From Lytechinus pictus (taxonomy: Eukaryota), in the NCBI RefSeq assembly GCF_037042905.1, contig NC_087251.1, positions 34,784,001 through 34,848,000 of the forward strand: a stretch of 64,000 bases of DNA, read 5' to 3'. Shown piece after piece: positions 12,401 to 26,079 of the stretch. The position numbers and the translations under genes were made by a program. Each line of letters starts with the position of its first letter. Within the stretch, counting starts at the first letter, position 1. Under the pieces are notes generated by a model that did not search any database, was not told the origin of the DNA, and saw only the letters and a list, made by a program, of their open reading frames with translations.

Positions 12401-15160
12401 ACGATTTTAACTAAAGCGCCACCTCAAGTCGTTTCGGGAATAGTCGTACTATTTTAGTCGCGTTAAGAATAAGTAACCGTCGGGCGATAATGCAGTAATC
12501 TTCTTGACATGATATCATAAATTTACCGAGCAAATTTAGTCAATCCCCTATACCAAGGTCCTAGATGTGTGACCTTTTCTACAAACCGTGACATTAAAAT
12601 TCGCCTCACAAACCAGCTCGACAACATTCATTAAGATCATGACGTGATACAAGTATATTGTTCTCTGGGTATATATAACCATAATGACAGAGGTTTCAAG
12701 TCACTCAGGTCGGCAAGACGACGAAAGTCGCGATTTGTTTTGCTGTCCAAATACCACCTTGCTAATGCCGGATAGACACTTTTGGGGGTATTCCTTACCT
12801 GAAACATAAACACAATAAATCCATGTTAATCAAAATCTCGATTCTGATAATTATTTTAATGTAAGGATTATGCACTAGATCTACAAAAAGAATCAAAATT
12901 ATATTTTCCTCATTACATTTTACATTGTTTTTCATATAAATGTATAATGTATTATGATGTTTATATATTGTGCCAACAACCTTTTTAACAAGAAAGCTAC
13001 AGCTGCAGCTTAATCCATGTACGATATTGCATAATCATCAATAAATGCAATTCTTGAATTTAATTGAATTGATCAATAACCGGCGCTATTATCGCTATCA
13101 TAATAATCATCATCATCTCCATGCGGTAAACAATTGAAGTTGTTAATTGTTTGCTAATGTTTCATCTAGATATAATAATATAAAGAAAGTTAGGCCTATG
13201 TTTTTATACGATTGTTACAATTTGTTCCTTATAAGCGCATATAATGGCCCTTTCCAATTCAAAACCCACGATCCTTTGAGCAACAACCATGGTATAGTAA
13301 AGTATTAATTTCCCCCATAAAATAACAAAAATATGAAACGGATGGATAGCCCATATTCAGTTTTGTCAACACGACACATGATGTCCATAATGGTAACGGT
13401 GTCTAGATCTATTACTATTACGTGCATGGGGCTGTCAGTTGTTAGAACTATTATTTGTCCAATTAAGAATTGTACAAAAACAATCTGAGCATATCTACGT
13501 GTAGGAAGAAGTGGAATATTAAACTATTCTAATCTTTGGTCTTCTTTTGACTTTAAATGTTGGGTCTTTATCTGTTTCTATATCGATAGGCCTATTCATG
13601 ATCCATCCATTCGCACTCACACTTGACTTTTTGAGGATTACCATGGAAAAATAATTCTCCATGGGGTTTACAACTCGATCTGATATGGGACTGTGCACTG
13701 AACCACACTATTATCCTTATAAGTAAAGTAGAAATTGTATGGAAATTCAGAAAAGGATAAAATTGGCATGCCATCAATATTATACAAAAGTACTTACTCA
13801 GCACTTAGTTCCTCCTGTACTAAGAAGTAAATAGGGGCAACAAGCTGCCCCAAAATCAATCAAACGAAAAGTAAAAAAATAATAATCAAACATACGAAAT
13901 AAATGTAATATATCTCACCTTTTAAACGTTCGTTACGGATGTTCCTAGAGGGCAAACGTAATGCCTTTTATATACGAAATCGATTAATGCCCGAATATCG
14001 TTAATGCTTTCTACGATAATTTCACCTGCCATAATCTTGGCATGGGAACGCATTTTTACCCAGGGGCGGCGCCAGGGTATAGGGGGCAAGACAACCGAAA
14101 GGTTGCGCCAGCTATAGTGTTCTAATGGAGTTCAAGGAACTAAAACGATATTTTAATTTTGTTTAATTCGTTTTTATATTCTTCTCCTCTTTTGTAATTT
14201 TCTTTAAGTACTTTAAACAAAATTCAAAGGGGGCAACGCCCCACCCCCTCACTGCCGGCACCGCCCCTGTATGGAATTACGCCGAATTACGCCGAATTCT
14301 CGCTAACAATTCAACGAGATTTGTCGGGGGAAAGCCTTACAACCTTTTTCTAAAAAAAAAAGTTGTAAAGCTTTCGGCACATATTCATAAAAAAAATATT
14401 TAAATGAATTCGATTACCCGTAGGTGACAACAAAGCAATCTTCTTGATATGACACAATAACATTTATGGAGATGGGCTAAGATCAAGCTTCGGTCAGGCT
14501 CCTATGGGGGGACCCTATCATTTTGCCTAATTAACTTACTCTACAAATCCTGGCACTAAAACCAACCGTAACCCATATGCATAAATGTCAAAGTTTCATT
14601 AAGATCAGTAAGTGATATTGCTGTGTTGTTCTAGGGGTAAAATGGACTCACTCATACAAATGTTCAGTCTGACATCTGTCCTCTCTCTGATATCGGCATG
14701 TATCCATGTCCACAGGAACATGATTTCAGCTCCAAACAAATTTTCCCTCTAAGATCCAGTGTTTTTAATATTTATCCGCAGCTCCACAAATTAGTCTCTG
14801 TCCGCTGATGTTCACAATATTATCAAGTTCAAATGGGTAAATTAAGGGGAGAACAACCGTCCAGAGACCAATCAACAAACCTCCCGTGAGGTTCGGATTA
14901 GTCTCGGCGAAGCTCTGCCGCGAAAATGGTGTCGAGTCCGCACACGGAAATAAAGAAATATGTCCACAAGAAGAATATTGTAAAACTGTTTCTGCAGCTT
15001 ACGTTTTTTCCTTAAGTATCGCAAAGAATGTTACCAAATGTTCTTCTTTCTTCGTTGCCATAACCAAATAGTACAAATGGATGTCAGGCATTGCAGTCTT
15101 CTAACTTGCAGTTATCAGGTCTTGTTGGCTATATTCTCAAGTTCAACATTAGAGGAGGCG
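12011..15160. repeat. Segmental duplication copy B (paralogous to 1-3810)
   Basis: Colinear with copy A, shares the MITE, and lacks the 1641-2293 insertion. Confidence 0.95.
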
Positions 15161-15250
15161 TCACATTGTAGATGTAGTGAGGTCGGCGATGAATATATTG
15201 GAAATTCCATCTCAATGTCCATAACTTTCATTCCTCATTCCGTGAAAACG
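14652..15250 (-). other. Exon-like block, paralogue 2 of 3350-3963
   Basis: Acceptor TTTTATTATTCCAG and donor TATGA|GTGAGT; frames are interrupted by stops. Confidence 0.55.
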
Positions 15251-15418
15251 CTGGAATAATAAAAACACATAAAAATGGATGATAAATACCACAAGAATGA
15301 TACAATAATGCTTCAAAAATCTACAGGCGGTTCACGCAGGGGGGGGGGGGGGACTTCAGCCCCTGTTCGGACACATTACGGTAAATTGCAAATTTATGAT
15401 AAATTAAAAAACAAGATT

Positions 15419-16568
15419 ATGTAACTATGATAAAACCATTCTTAAGACTATATAAAAAAAAATACTTATATTTTATGGAGAGGTTTTGCACGCATGGATG
15501 ATGATAAGGTCTCAGGTATGTCTGGAATATAAAGAGCATGAAAACGAAAAAAGCTCGAGAGATTTTATGATTTAATCAAAGTATAATGTTAAATTGGCAG
15601 AATGTTTTATTATAGAGACTGGTATAATGCTGGAATCCTATTTTCAAATGATTTAATTGAAAACGGCTCATTCAATATTACAGAACAATTTTTTGGTGTG
15701 TTGAGAACGAGGAAAAGTAAAGCAACTTTAATATTTGATTATATGAAACTCCAGCAAGCTATACCAAAAGTATAAATACATCAAATCACAAATACGAATG
15801 CAGAATATCCACTAAATAAAAGAATGGAAGTCCCCTGTATTATTGTTAACAAAAAAGAAAAACGAATTTTATAGATTAATTATGTCTTGTAATAGGATAC
15901 CACTCGTAAATATGCACTGTTTATTTTGTGAAACAAATGTGTCTATTAATATTACATGGTCGAATGTTTTCAAAAGATTTTTCTTGAATCTTCAGGAAAA
16001 CAAACTACGCGAGTTCTGTTTCATTTTTTTTTATAACTTACTACCAACCCAGCAAAACCTTCATAAATGGGGTATTGCAAACGATAACAAATGCCTACAT
16101 TGTAAAGTTGAAGAAGATGTTATCCATGCATTCTTCACTTGCGAGTTAAATGAACCCTCTTTTGTTTAATTACAGAGAGTTATCAAAGATTTTTTTCATA
16201 AAGAAATAAAAATCGACATAAATCGTTTATTCATTCTAGAACATGAGGATTTATACATCGTTTTAGTAGTAGCTCTATGGTGTATTTATAAGTTTATTCT
16301 GGAAAGAAATTTAACTAAGTATGATAGAAGAGAAAATGGTCTTATTTATGTGTTTAGAAGAGAGATTTTAAAAATTCGATTAAATGAAAAGATGTAAAAA
16401 GTAGACAATAGGCTACCAAGAAGATTATTTCACTACATTTGAATTCATCTGATATAATATTGTATATGCCATTATGATCCCTATAGGATACTACCTTGAT
16501 TTTTATATTTTGTATTGCTGAATTTTATTTTGTTTCATCAATAAATCCTCGATCATGAGGGAAATACA
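15419..16568 (+). mobile_element. 5'-truncated L1/Tx1-type LINE, decayed ORF2 C-terminus
   Basis: Zinc-finger-like motif CLHCKVEEDVIHAFFTC, AATAAA near the 3' end, and a 13-bp target-site duplication (TSD) AAAAAACAAGATT at 15406-15418 and 16569-16581. Confidence 0.85.
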
Positions 16569-19500
16569 AAAAAACAAGATTCAGCTCGCGCTTCGCGCTC
16601 ACATTATATGCTAGGTAAGATATGTATTCCCCCATGGGTCACTTTAAGCAGTCCTACACTGGAAATTTTTTCTTGTTTTCATGTCAGTTTTTAAAAAATA
16701 GTAGCTCACGCTTCGCGCTTGCATTTATTCAAATACCCATCCAGATTATGATCACAAAATTGCTCAGAATGTTTAATTTTTAGGTCTAAATACAATAAAA
16801 TATACAAAACTTTGAGCTTGCACTCGCTTTCCAAAGTTGTTTAAAAGATACCTTATTTGGTTCGTAATTAATATGTTAAGATGTACTTAAAACATAAAAA
16901 ATTGTTAAATTTAGGGGAAAATGTATATTCCGGCCCAATATGGGCGAAAGTTGGATCCGCCCCTAGGAGTAACGGAACTGAACTTAGGTATGAAACCACT
17001 GGTGTACAGATGGGGGCTAGGGGCATGGACCCTTCCCCCCAAAAAAATGAACAAAAAAGGAGAAAAGTATAGAAAACAAAAAGGAAAGGCAAAAGTGGTG
17101 AAATATATCATTTTCTTAACATTACATCAAAATCTATCACAATTTTTTTTGTATTGAAAAGGTCAAAAGTTTGACTCACTTTCTTCACTCGCTCGCAGTT
17201 TTTTCTCAATTTTGCCTCGTACGCATTATGTCTGGCCCCTTCAAATTTTTGACTCATTACGGGACTGTACGGAAGAGATCATAAACTCTGAAGGTCCACT
17301 TTTATAATTCGGAAGCCCCCGGTCCCCCTAAAAATATCAAGGCTACTGGCCCGTTTTGTAACTAGCGGCTAACCTTCAGAAAAGACGTGGTACTTCTATA
17401 CCCCATGGTTCAAAGAAAAGGTATTTGAGTTACTGATGAATTAATCCCCAATATATATCTCTCGTGCTTTTTTTTCTATCCATTTTATTCTACGTCATTA
17501 GCTACAAACATTTCTAATTAAAATAACATAGCAAACTGATCAGTATTGTATTTCCAATATGAATTACCTTATTTTCAGAAATTGAATGAAAGGTCAGCTT
17601 TAAAATGTTTTAAGATTATTTAAAATGTTAAAATCTTTCCTTGTTAAAATCTTTCCTTTCTACAATCTTTTCCTCTTATATGGATAAATCAATATCAAAA
17701 TAAATGTTTTTTCCCTTATTCAAATAAGTTTCTGTCAATAATTACACTGTCTTAGGTTTTGAATATCGACAAATATGAAAATTTGTAATCAAAATGCGGC
17801 ATTGCACGATACAAGTAGAATCATTTAAAAATTTGATTAGCTTTCTGAAGCCGTGTTGTAATGTATAGTAAAAATTCAATTTCGCGTTACTTTTTACTTT
17901 CTTTCCGTTTTAAATCTATATCGTATTTTATATACGAGCAAGGACAGTGAACGAGAGAAAAAAAGAAAACACTATTTGTGATCATAAAAGTGTAATTTCT
18001 TCGTACATCATGGCTCTAAGAAATATCTTGTCATTTGGCTTATCAAATTTCATACATTTTCTGACCATCCTGTATCCATACAGACCACGATCGAGCGCAG
18101 CGAGCGAGGAAAACCAATAAAACACCCTAAAAAGGGAAAGAACATAACTTCCGTCAACTTCAACTTGGGCATGATTCTGATCACCTCGCTCAGCATGTTC
18201 AATGAACCCATTTTGTCACATCCTGTAGCGTACTACTGAACATACGAGCGAGAAAATGTGACATTTTGACTGTGAATATTGATCTCTTATTACTTTTAAC
18301 TTGAAATATTTTGATTTTCGACAGTTTAGAATATTGTAGTTCGTATAATTTCCAATCAGATATCCAATTTGCAACTGACCATTATTAGCATTATTATCTT
18401 TTTTTTTTTTGGGGGGGGGGGGGGGTATTACCTGAAAGTCGGGGGCAGTAGATTGGCAGTATAGTAGTTACGTCACAGTCACCTCTTCTCAGTGAGTGTT
18501 GTTTCATTCTCATCTGTACTATTAAATAAGACAAATTTTATCCCTTTTCGTTATTGATAAGCGATCCCTGATTTTCTCTTAAATTAAATACTAGTATAAC
18601 GTTTGCTCACAATATTATACCAAAAGTATGATCAACCTTTAAAGCGATGGAAGGGTGATGTTTGTTTATCTTTCTGGGTAGACATTGTTTCAGTAGATAG
18701 TCAACGAGGGTGTGAAGCGTTTGAGTGGAGAGTTGTGGACCAGTGGATATTCTTCGGACTTTATCGCTGCACTCAATCCAGGTGGGTGAGGTAAATGGGA
18801 ACCTCGGAAGAAGTTATCCCTTGAAATGCTTGTGCGCTGTGTGAAAGGCCTGTCTGGCTGTCTAAAAGTGGAGCTTTGAGCAGGTGGAAAGTGATGATGG
18901 GGGGGGGGGGTTCATTTTTTCCATTCCTTTTATTTTTGGAGTTGCGTGGCATGATGACAGGTGACACGTGCCGCATCGATTAAAATAACGCGTATGGTAA
19001 TTTACAAGTCTTTTTCAATTAACGCATACTTGCACGCTTGAAATGTACATAAACCCTCTGCTGGAACGCAAAACTCTTTTGTTAATCTATAAACTGATTG
19101 ACAGCTAATTACATTTTAAAATGTGAGCTCTCGGGATCGAAGACGGCGAAAGAAAGACGGAGAGGACCGAGAGAAAGAGTGGATGATTTGATGTCTTCTG
19201 CATGTTTCGCTTTGAACACAAAATAATTCATTATTTCAAGATCAGAAAAAAAGATCACCTTTTCACGGTTTCAGAAATTTAGGTAGGGGTTCCCGATACG
19301 ACCATCAAAGCTAATTAACATTTTTGTAATTGGTTTCTGACAGAGTTAGGGGTGAACCCCCCCCCCCTTCCAAGGATCCTAATTGGAAAATTGAAGTAGG
19401 CTTATTATTTTACCAGATGACCCCACCCGAAAACGATCTATAGGCCTAGTTATGAATTTAATTTCACTCATCGTACGACATGCTAAATCGATGTTTAATA

Positions 19501-20881
19501 TTTCGCCAAAATCATAAGACACAATATTTATGGGGTCTCACCTAAAATCATATTGTGAAAATCCACAAATTTACAAAAAGATGGCCCCTATTTTGACTAA
19601 ATTTTATATTTCTAATACCAGATTCCCCTAGATGGGTTCAATTAAAACAAATTAGGTACCATGTAATAAAACATTACATTTCGCCAAAAGTCATATTACT
19701 TTAATTACCTTTTGAGACTAGATACATTCTGGGTAAAAATACGAGAAATTGGACAATATTTTTCAAAGGTATTATCTGGAAATAAAAGGTATAATAAAGA
19801 AAATAAGGGGACTGTTATTTTAATATCTGAAAAGATACAAATAAATGCGAAAGTGAAAACGAGTAGTATTACATAGGTCTACTTCAAAACCTTTTCTGAT
19901 CCCACCACATTTCCATTATATATTTTTTGAATTGTTTGTACTGAGTCCTACATATTTTGCTTTTTATGTTTTTAATGAAGATGTGGAAATAAATTGAATT
20001 CTATCCACATAAATTTAGATATCGCACCGGAGAATACCAATAATATAGAAATTATTTAGACATTAAAGTCCTCCCTGGGGTCCTGATCGACTAATAACCA
20101 TCTTTACACTATTTTATAATAATTACTCAACCTTTTAGCGTAAATCGAAAAAAGTAGGGGTTTTTTGGTACTGAAAATGATTTGAAAGGTTTTTCAAAAA
20201 GTTCAGGGACTCGAATTACACAAATACTATTTTTCACATGCAGGGCGCCTGTAAAATCCCATAGACTGACATACGCCAACGGCGCATGTTGTACCATAAC
20301 CCAGGTGGGCTCCGCCGCGAAGCTTCCCGGCACCTGGCTTAGTTAAAGAGTCTATCTTAGTTGCGGACAAAACAAGAAAAAATCTCAAAATATTTTTTCA
20401 AAGAAGCAAATCTCCAGAAATGATGAAATAATTACGTTAACCCAAGGTAAGAATCAAATTAACTTACAAAATATGACAAAATGCTAGTCTCTTGACTATT
20501 TTAAGATCTAACTTGGATATCGCTTCGCACTTTATTAATTCATGGAAGCCCGTTTTACCGTCTCATTTTTCTTCTAAAGGAAGAATCTACCCTCTTAAAA
20601 AGCTAAATACAGAAGTAACGATAGATCTATAAAGCTTAGTTGTCAAAATTTACCAATAACTCCTACTAACGTTATCCTTAGATGGAAAAAGAGCACACTC
20701 CCCCCACCCCCCAAAAAAAGACTTTCCCGAAGGTTTGCTAGATCTAGTCATGAAATTGTCATAAAAGAGAAGGGGTGATTAATACTAAGGACCACTTTTC
20801 AAGTTCGTTATTCGAATGAAAGACGAGGATCGTTTTTCATAATACACCATGAGAGGTAATTCTACGGGTAAAATGACTCAC

Positions 20882-21359
20882 TCATACAGGGACGTTTCTG
20901 GAGTCTCGGCATCCTCAAAACTATATCGACCTCCTCTCTTTGAAGATCGATAGCATCGTCATGCATCCATGTTTGAAGGAACACGAATTCAACACCATAA
21001 CAAATTTCCATATAAGATCCAGTGAGAAAATATTTCTCAAAAGCTCCACAAATATGTCTCTTTCCGCTGATATAAGAACATCATAAATAGCAGTCTAGAT
21101 CAATCGTAACAAGGGTAGGACGACCGTCCGGAGACCATGCAAACCTCCCGTGAGGTACGGATGAAGTCTCGGCGGAGCTCTGTAGTGAGAGTGGTGTCTA
21201 TCGTCCGCACACAAAAATGACGAGTTTTGTGTCCAAGAAAACTCCAAGATAATTCCAAGAAAACTCCAAGATAACTCCAAGAAAACAGTTCTCTGTTTTA
21301 AGTCCATCTTGTTAATATCCAAACGTATGATCATTTCCTAACTGCCTTGAAAATAATTT
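20882..21359 (-). other. Exon-like block, diverged paralogue 3 of 3350-3963
   Basis: Shares GGTAAAATGACTCACTCATACA, TAAGATCCAGTG, AGCTCCACAAAT and AAACCTCCCGTGAGGT with copy 1. The acceptor is AAATTTCAG. Confidence 0.55.
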
Positions 21360-21804
21360 CTGAAATTTAAATTGAGTAGCTCCGGTTTTGCTGGACGTGC
21401 TTGACCTCTCCTCATCTCGGGGAAAAATGATTCCGATTGATTGATCACGTGATGAGAAAAATGACGTATGAATTTTGTAAAGAATATTCAGTTAGCGCCA
21501 ATCTACATGACTATAACTGAAGTGCACCTGTACATTGATTGGATTGTGTCACCAAGTGCCCGCCCCATCCGACTTGCCTGAAGGTTCGCTAGTCATAAAA
21601 CAGAAAGGGGGTCATTTGTCAAAGAGTCATTACGACTACTAGTCAGAAGGTTCGTTACCAGGTTGTTCAGGATAAAAGATGAGGGTCGTTTCTAATAATC
21701 CAACATGAGGGTCATCAATCATGAGGTTCGTTAGTCCGAATCCAAGATGGTTACTATTCAAAATATCAGAAGAGGATAGCTAGTCAGAAAAACGTAAAGG
21801 GTTT

Positions 21805-23250
21805 CAGGGGGCGGATCCAGCCTTCGCCATTAGGGGGGGGGGGCGGAATTTTTAAGACATATTTTCCCCGATCGGCCGCTCGAAGATAATTTTTTTTTTC
21901 TTTGAAGGGGTAGTCTTAATAGTCACTTCTTAGCTTTATTCTTATGAATAAACATAAATATATAATATCATTATCCTTATTTATATAATGCGAGCGCAAA
22001 GCGAGCAAAATTTTTTGGGAAATCTTAAGTAATTTTTCCTAAAATTTTGAACATTCTGGGCAATGTTTGTTATCCTGAAAAAAAGTGTATATGGAAATGA
22101 ATAATTACTACAAACGCGAAGCGCGAGCAGAAATGAACTGATGGAAAAGGTACCTGTTAAAGACTGCTTGCAGTTAGCCATGAAGAAGTTACATATTTTT
22201 TTGACATTCTTCTAAGCACTTTTTGTGACTTAAACAGAATAGGTATATAACTAAATGATGCGACGCGAGCGGAAAATTTCGAGATTTAGACCTACTGAAC
22301 GAGACACTATTCATGTTTTATAAATCATGAAAAGGATGAGTAATTGGGGATCTTCCTAACATTAATAATGCGAACGCAGAGCGCGAGCAGAATTTTTTTA
22401 TATACGTTTTGAACTGATAGAAATGGTACCTGTTAAGGACTGCTTGAACTTAGCCACAAAGACGTTACATATTTCAACAATCAAATAATGCGAGCGCGAA
22501 GCGCGAGCTGAAAATTTTTGACATTTCTACATAAAGAATGTACAATTTTAATCAATTTTTGTAATCGTGAACAGAATAGCTATATAACTAAACAATTGAT
22601 GCGAGCGCGAAGCGCGAGCGGAAAAAATCGAGATTTAGACCTAAAAACGGGACACTATTCATGTTTTGTAAATAATGAAAAGAATTAGTATAATAGGGGA
22701 TCTTCCTTTATTAATAATGCCAGCACAAAGCGCGAGCAGAAAATTTTAGATATTGTGATCTGAAACTGGATGATTTAAATAGAGAACAAGTTGCGTATCT
22801 GAATAAACATGCGTGCGCGTATTTCATATTTAGACCTAGAATCTAGGCATTCTAAATACATCTTTTATTATAAAAATAAAAGCGAGCGCGAAGCGCGAGC
22901 TTAAACTATTTGATATTCCGATCTGAAAAAAGAGTAACTTTCAGCTCTATATTTCAAGAACTTTATAGGAAAATTGTAAGGTGGATATGGATCGCACTTA
23001 ATAAAGATATGAAAGTAACCTAACAGGCAATGCGAGCGCGAAGCGCGAGCGAAAATTGTATAAAGTGACATAAAAAAATATTTTTATTTTCAACTCTTAC
23101 CTATTTTATTCACTCGTCTTCCTCCTCTTCTTTCCCCCTCTCTTTTCCCCCTTTTTCCCTTTTTTCTTTCTTTCTTTTTTCCCCTTTTTTTTGCTTCGCC
23201 AATAGGGGGGGGGGGCGGGCCCCTCGCCCCCCCCCCTGGATCCGCCTATG
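21805..23250. mobile_element. Non-autonomous TIR element with internal GCGAGCGCGAAGCGCGAGC repeats
   Basis: Ends CAGGGGGCGGATCCAG...CTGGATCCGCCTATG. The motif recurs about ten times inside; related reverse-orientation pieces lie at 16585-16965. Confidence 0.8.
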
Positions 23251-24292
23251 GGTTTATTAATGATAAAGGTCGCCAGTCATAATCAAATTAGAGGGTCGTT
23301 TAATGAAGAGGGCCTTATGTCATAATGGGTGAGGTGGGGCCATTATTCAAAATGGATGAAGGGGGTCGCTGGGTGTCACTAGTCGTCTTCAAACATTATG
23401 ACTCGCGACCCTCTTAATTAGTTGTTTCTGACTAGCAAACCCTTTAGAAGTCCCTGCCAAGAATCAATACCCCAAAAGCGCCCGAGAAGCCTGTAGCAAA
23501 GAAATCAAAGGCGTGTAAAAACCCAAAAAACTCAATACCCTTTTCTTGTATTATGATTAGAGATCAAGTTTTTTTTCACTGAAATATAAGGATACAGCAT
23601 TGATTACAACATTGGTGTACAGATAGGGCCATCCTCCCCCCCCCCCCAAAAAAAAAAAAAAACGACCAGGGAAAAAAAAATGAAAGGGGAAATGTAATTA
23701 TGGTGCTATTTTATGTTTTTTTTTTTTTAAGGCATCATGTAAAAACTATCACATAATCAGCCTTTCGTTTCCAAAAGGTCATTTTTTGCACGCTCGCTTC
23801 GGTCGTTTATTATTTGGCTCATCACGCCACTATGGGATTTTACAAGTGCACGTGGAAAAAAATAATATTTGTGTAATCTGGGTCTCTCAACTTTGCAAGG
23901 GCGGCACTAAGCCCCCACCCCATTCCTTTCCTCCCGTTGCCAACCCCCTCCCAGAAATTGTGAAAAATGAATATTTTTTTGGGGGGGTCCTATAGTTGCC
24001 CCCACCTTTAAAATCCTGGTGTCGCCATTGTAACTTTAAGACCTTAATCAATAATTAAAACAAGAAGATTCTATTACTTTCCGATTTATGTTAATACGTG
24101 GTTTTATAAGTTTTTAAAAACTCTTTGTTTTTGTGATTTATTCAACATAATTATAGGTATATACCTGATTTTATTTCCATATTTTACATTTTCGATTTAG
24201 CTCAAGAGTGCACTTTACTCAAATGGCAATAAAATCTTTATCAACTTGTAGGATATTTCATTTTCTATTCTTTTTGATATATAGTTACTTAC

Positions 24293-24499
24293 CCTACAGA
24301 GAAATGGCTTCCGGCAACATGACGCCATCGCAGTCTGGGTCAGGGGTACGTAGATACAAGATGCCGGCTTCACGAGGGCGTGGCCGATCGATCCCCTCTT
24401 CCTTGCAAAAGATCGGATTGGTCACTGGCTACTGTCTTGCCCAGTATCACAACTTTTCTTTGACAAATGACACCTTTATTTGAACAAATCTGTCGAATT
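24293..24499 (-). other. Exon-like block with stops in all three minus frames
   Basis: Acceptor TTTTGTATTTTGGTACAG, donor AGG|GTAAGT, and a GC-richer interior. Confidence 0.45.
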
Positions 24500-24943
24500 C
24501 TGTACCAAAATACAAAATGTCAGTCAAAATGTGGGTCCTTTTTATTCATATTTTAATCCAATCTAAATTTGGGGTCTTTAGCAACAAATCGTATAGACTT
24601 TTTTTTTTAATTTTTGTCTTATGATTTTTGCTATTAAATGTTTAAGAATGGTTTAAATACTGTCGAGAGAAATGAAACCACTCTTTTCTTGTTCTGGCAT
24701 TCTGGTTTAAGCGGAATCATGAATAATTCTTATATCATATGATCAACATATTTTATATTCAACCTTCAAGAAAAAGATTTCACTATTAACCTTCTTAATG
24801 CAATGCGAATGTAAAAAGCATTGACCATAACCCTACAAACCCAATACCTTTATCAGTTAAATTTCACTTTATGCTATAACACTTATTAAAATAAATGATG
24901 CAAACAATAAACAAAACACCTCTACTTGCCTTTCTGGTGATAT

Positions 24944-25470
24944 TTATACCCTTTTTACACAGGCTAAAATTTCCTTAACCCCGTACTATAGGTGGGGCTA
25001 AATGGCAATTTAGCCCCACCTATAGTACGGGGTTAAGCTTAGCCCACTTTCTTTTTACACAGCATTTTTGCAAAGTGGGCTAACCCCACCTTTAGTACGG
25101 GATTATTTGGCCCTGCAAAAAAGCAGGGTTATCCCAGCAATTGCGGTGCTAAGAGCGATAGTACGGGGTTAAGATCGCTAGTGTAAAACGAAAGTGGGCT
25201 AAGCTTAACCCCGCACTATATAGTACGGGGTTAAGGAAATTTTAGCGTATGTAAAAAGGTACGAGTGAAGTACTTGTACTACGAATGATCGACAAAAACC
25301 ACTAGTCCGGGGTTAGCGAGTTTCGTGTGTGAAAAGCAAGCATTCCTTATCCGGGGTTAGCGATAACAATTTGGCATGTGTGAAAAGGAAAAAAAATAGT
25401 ACGGGGTTAAGGATAGTACGGGGTTAGCGATAGTCCGGGGTTAAGAAAATCCTGTGTAAAAAGGGTATAA
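24944..25470. mobile_element. MITE with internal AGTACGGGGTTAAG repeats
   Basis: Perfect 20-bp terminal inverted repeat TTATACCCTTTTTACACAGG / CCTGTGTAAAAAGGGTATAA. Confidence 0.85.
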
Positions 25471-25919
25471 TTGTCTAACTCTCAATGATGCAACTGATAA
25501 AGGTGGAATTTTGATCCATCACATGCAACCTAACTTATCATAGTAACAATGTCTATTTTCTGTAATCTGATTAAAATGAACTGGAAGAATGGTCAGCAAA
25601 TGGTCAGTGCGCGGAGGGATATATTTTTACATCCAGGCAAATAGTAGGCGGTGCCTAAAACAAATGAATGGTGTTAATTCAAGTATATCTGATGTAGAAA
25701 CAGTGAATTCAGGGGATTTTACACGGCAATATGAAACGTAAATGTAACAGTCAACAATCGATGAAAGATCACAATAGGCGGATCGTACGGGAGTAGAAAA
25801 AAAAATTGCTAACCAGCCCCTCCCGAAAAATCGGTTATCACTATACAAAGTCATGATTCCAAATCTTATTTGTTAGGGGACGGACGGCCCCTTGAAATCC
25901 TCCAATGCACGGTCATAAT

Positions 25920-26079
25920 CAGGGGCCGCGGAACGGTTTCCAAAGTGGGGGGGGGGGGGGGCTGACCATGCAAAAAACCACAATCGTATGGTCATTTTTA
26001 CGTTTTTGTACATTGTTTTGGAAAAAAGTGGGGGTTGAAGTCCCCCACCAGCCCCCCCCCCCCGCTTCTGCGGCCCCTG
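25920..26079. mobile_element. Short MITE
   Basis: TIRs CAGGGGCCGCGGAA...TTCTGCGGCCCCTG with internal G and C runs. Confidence 0.75.
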
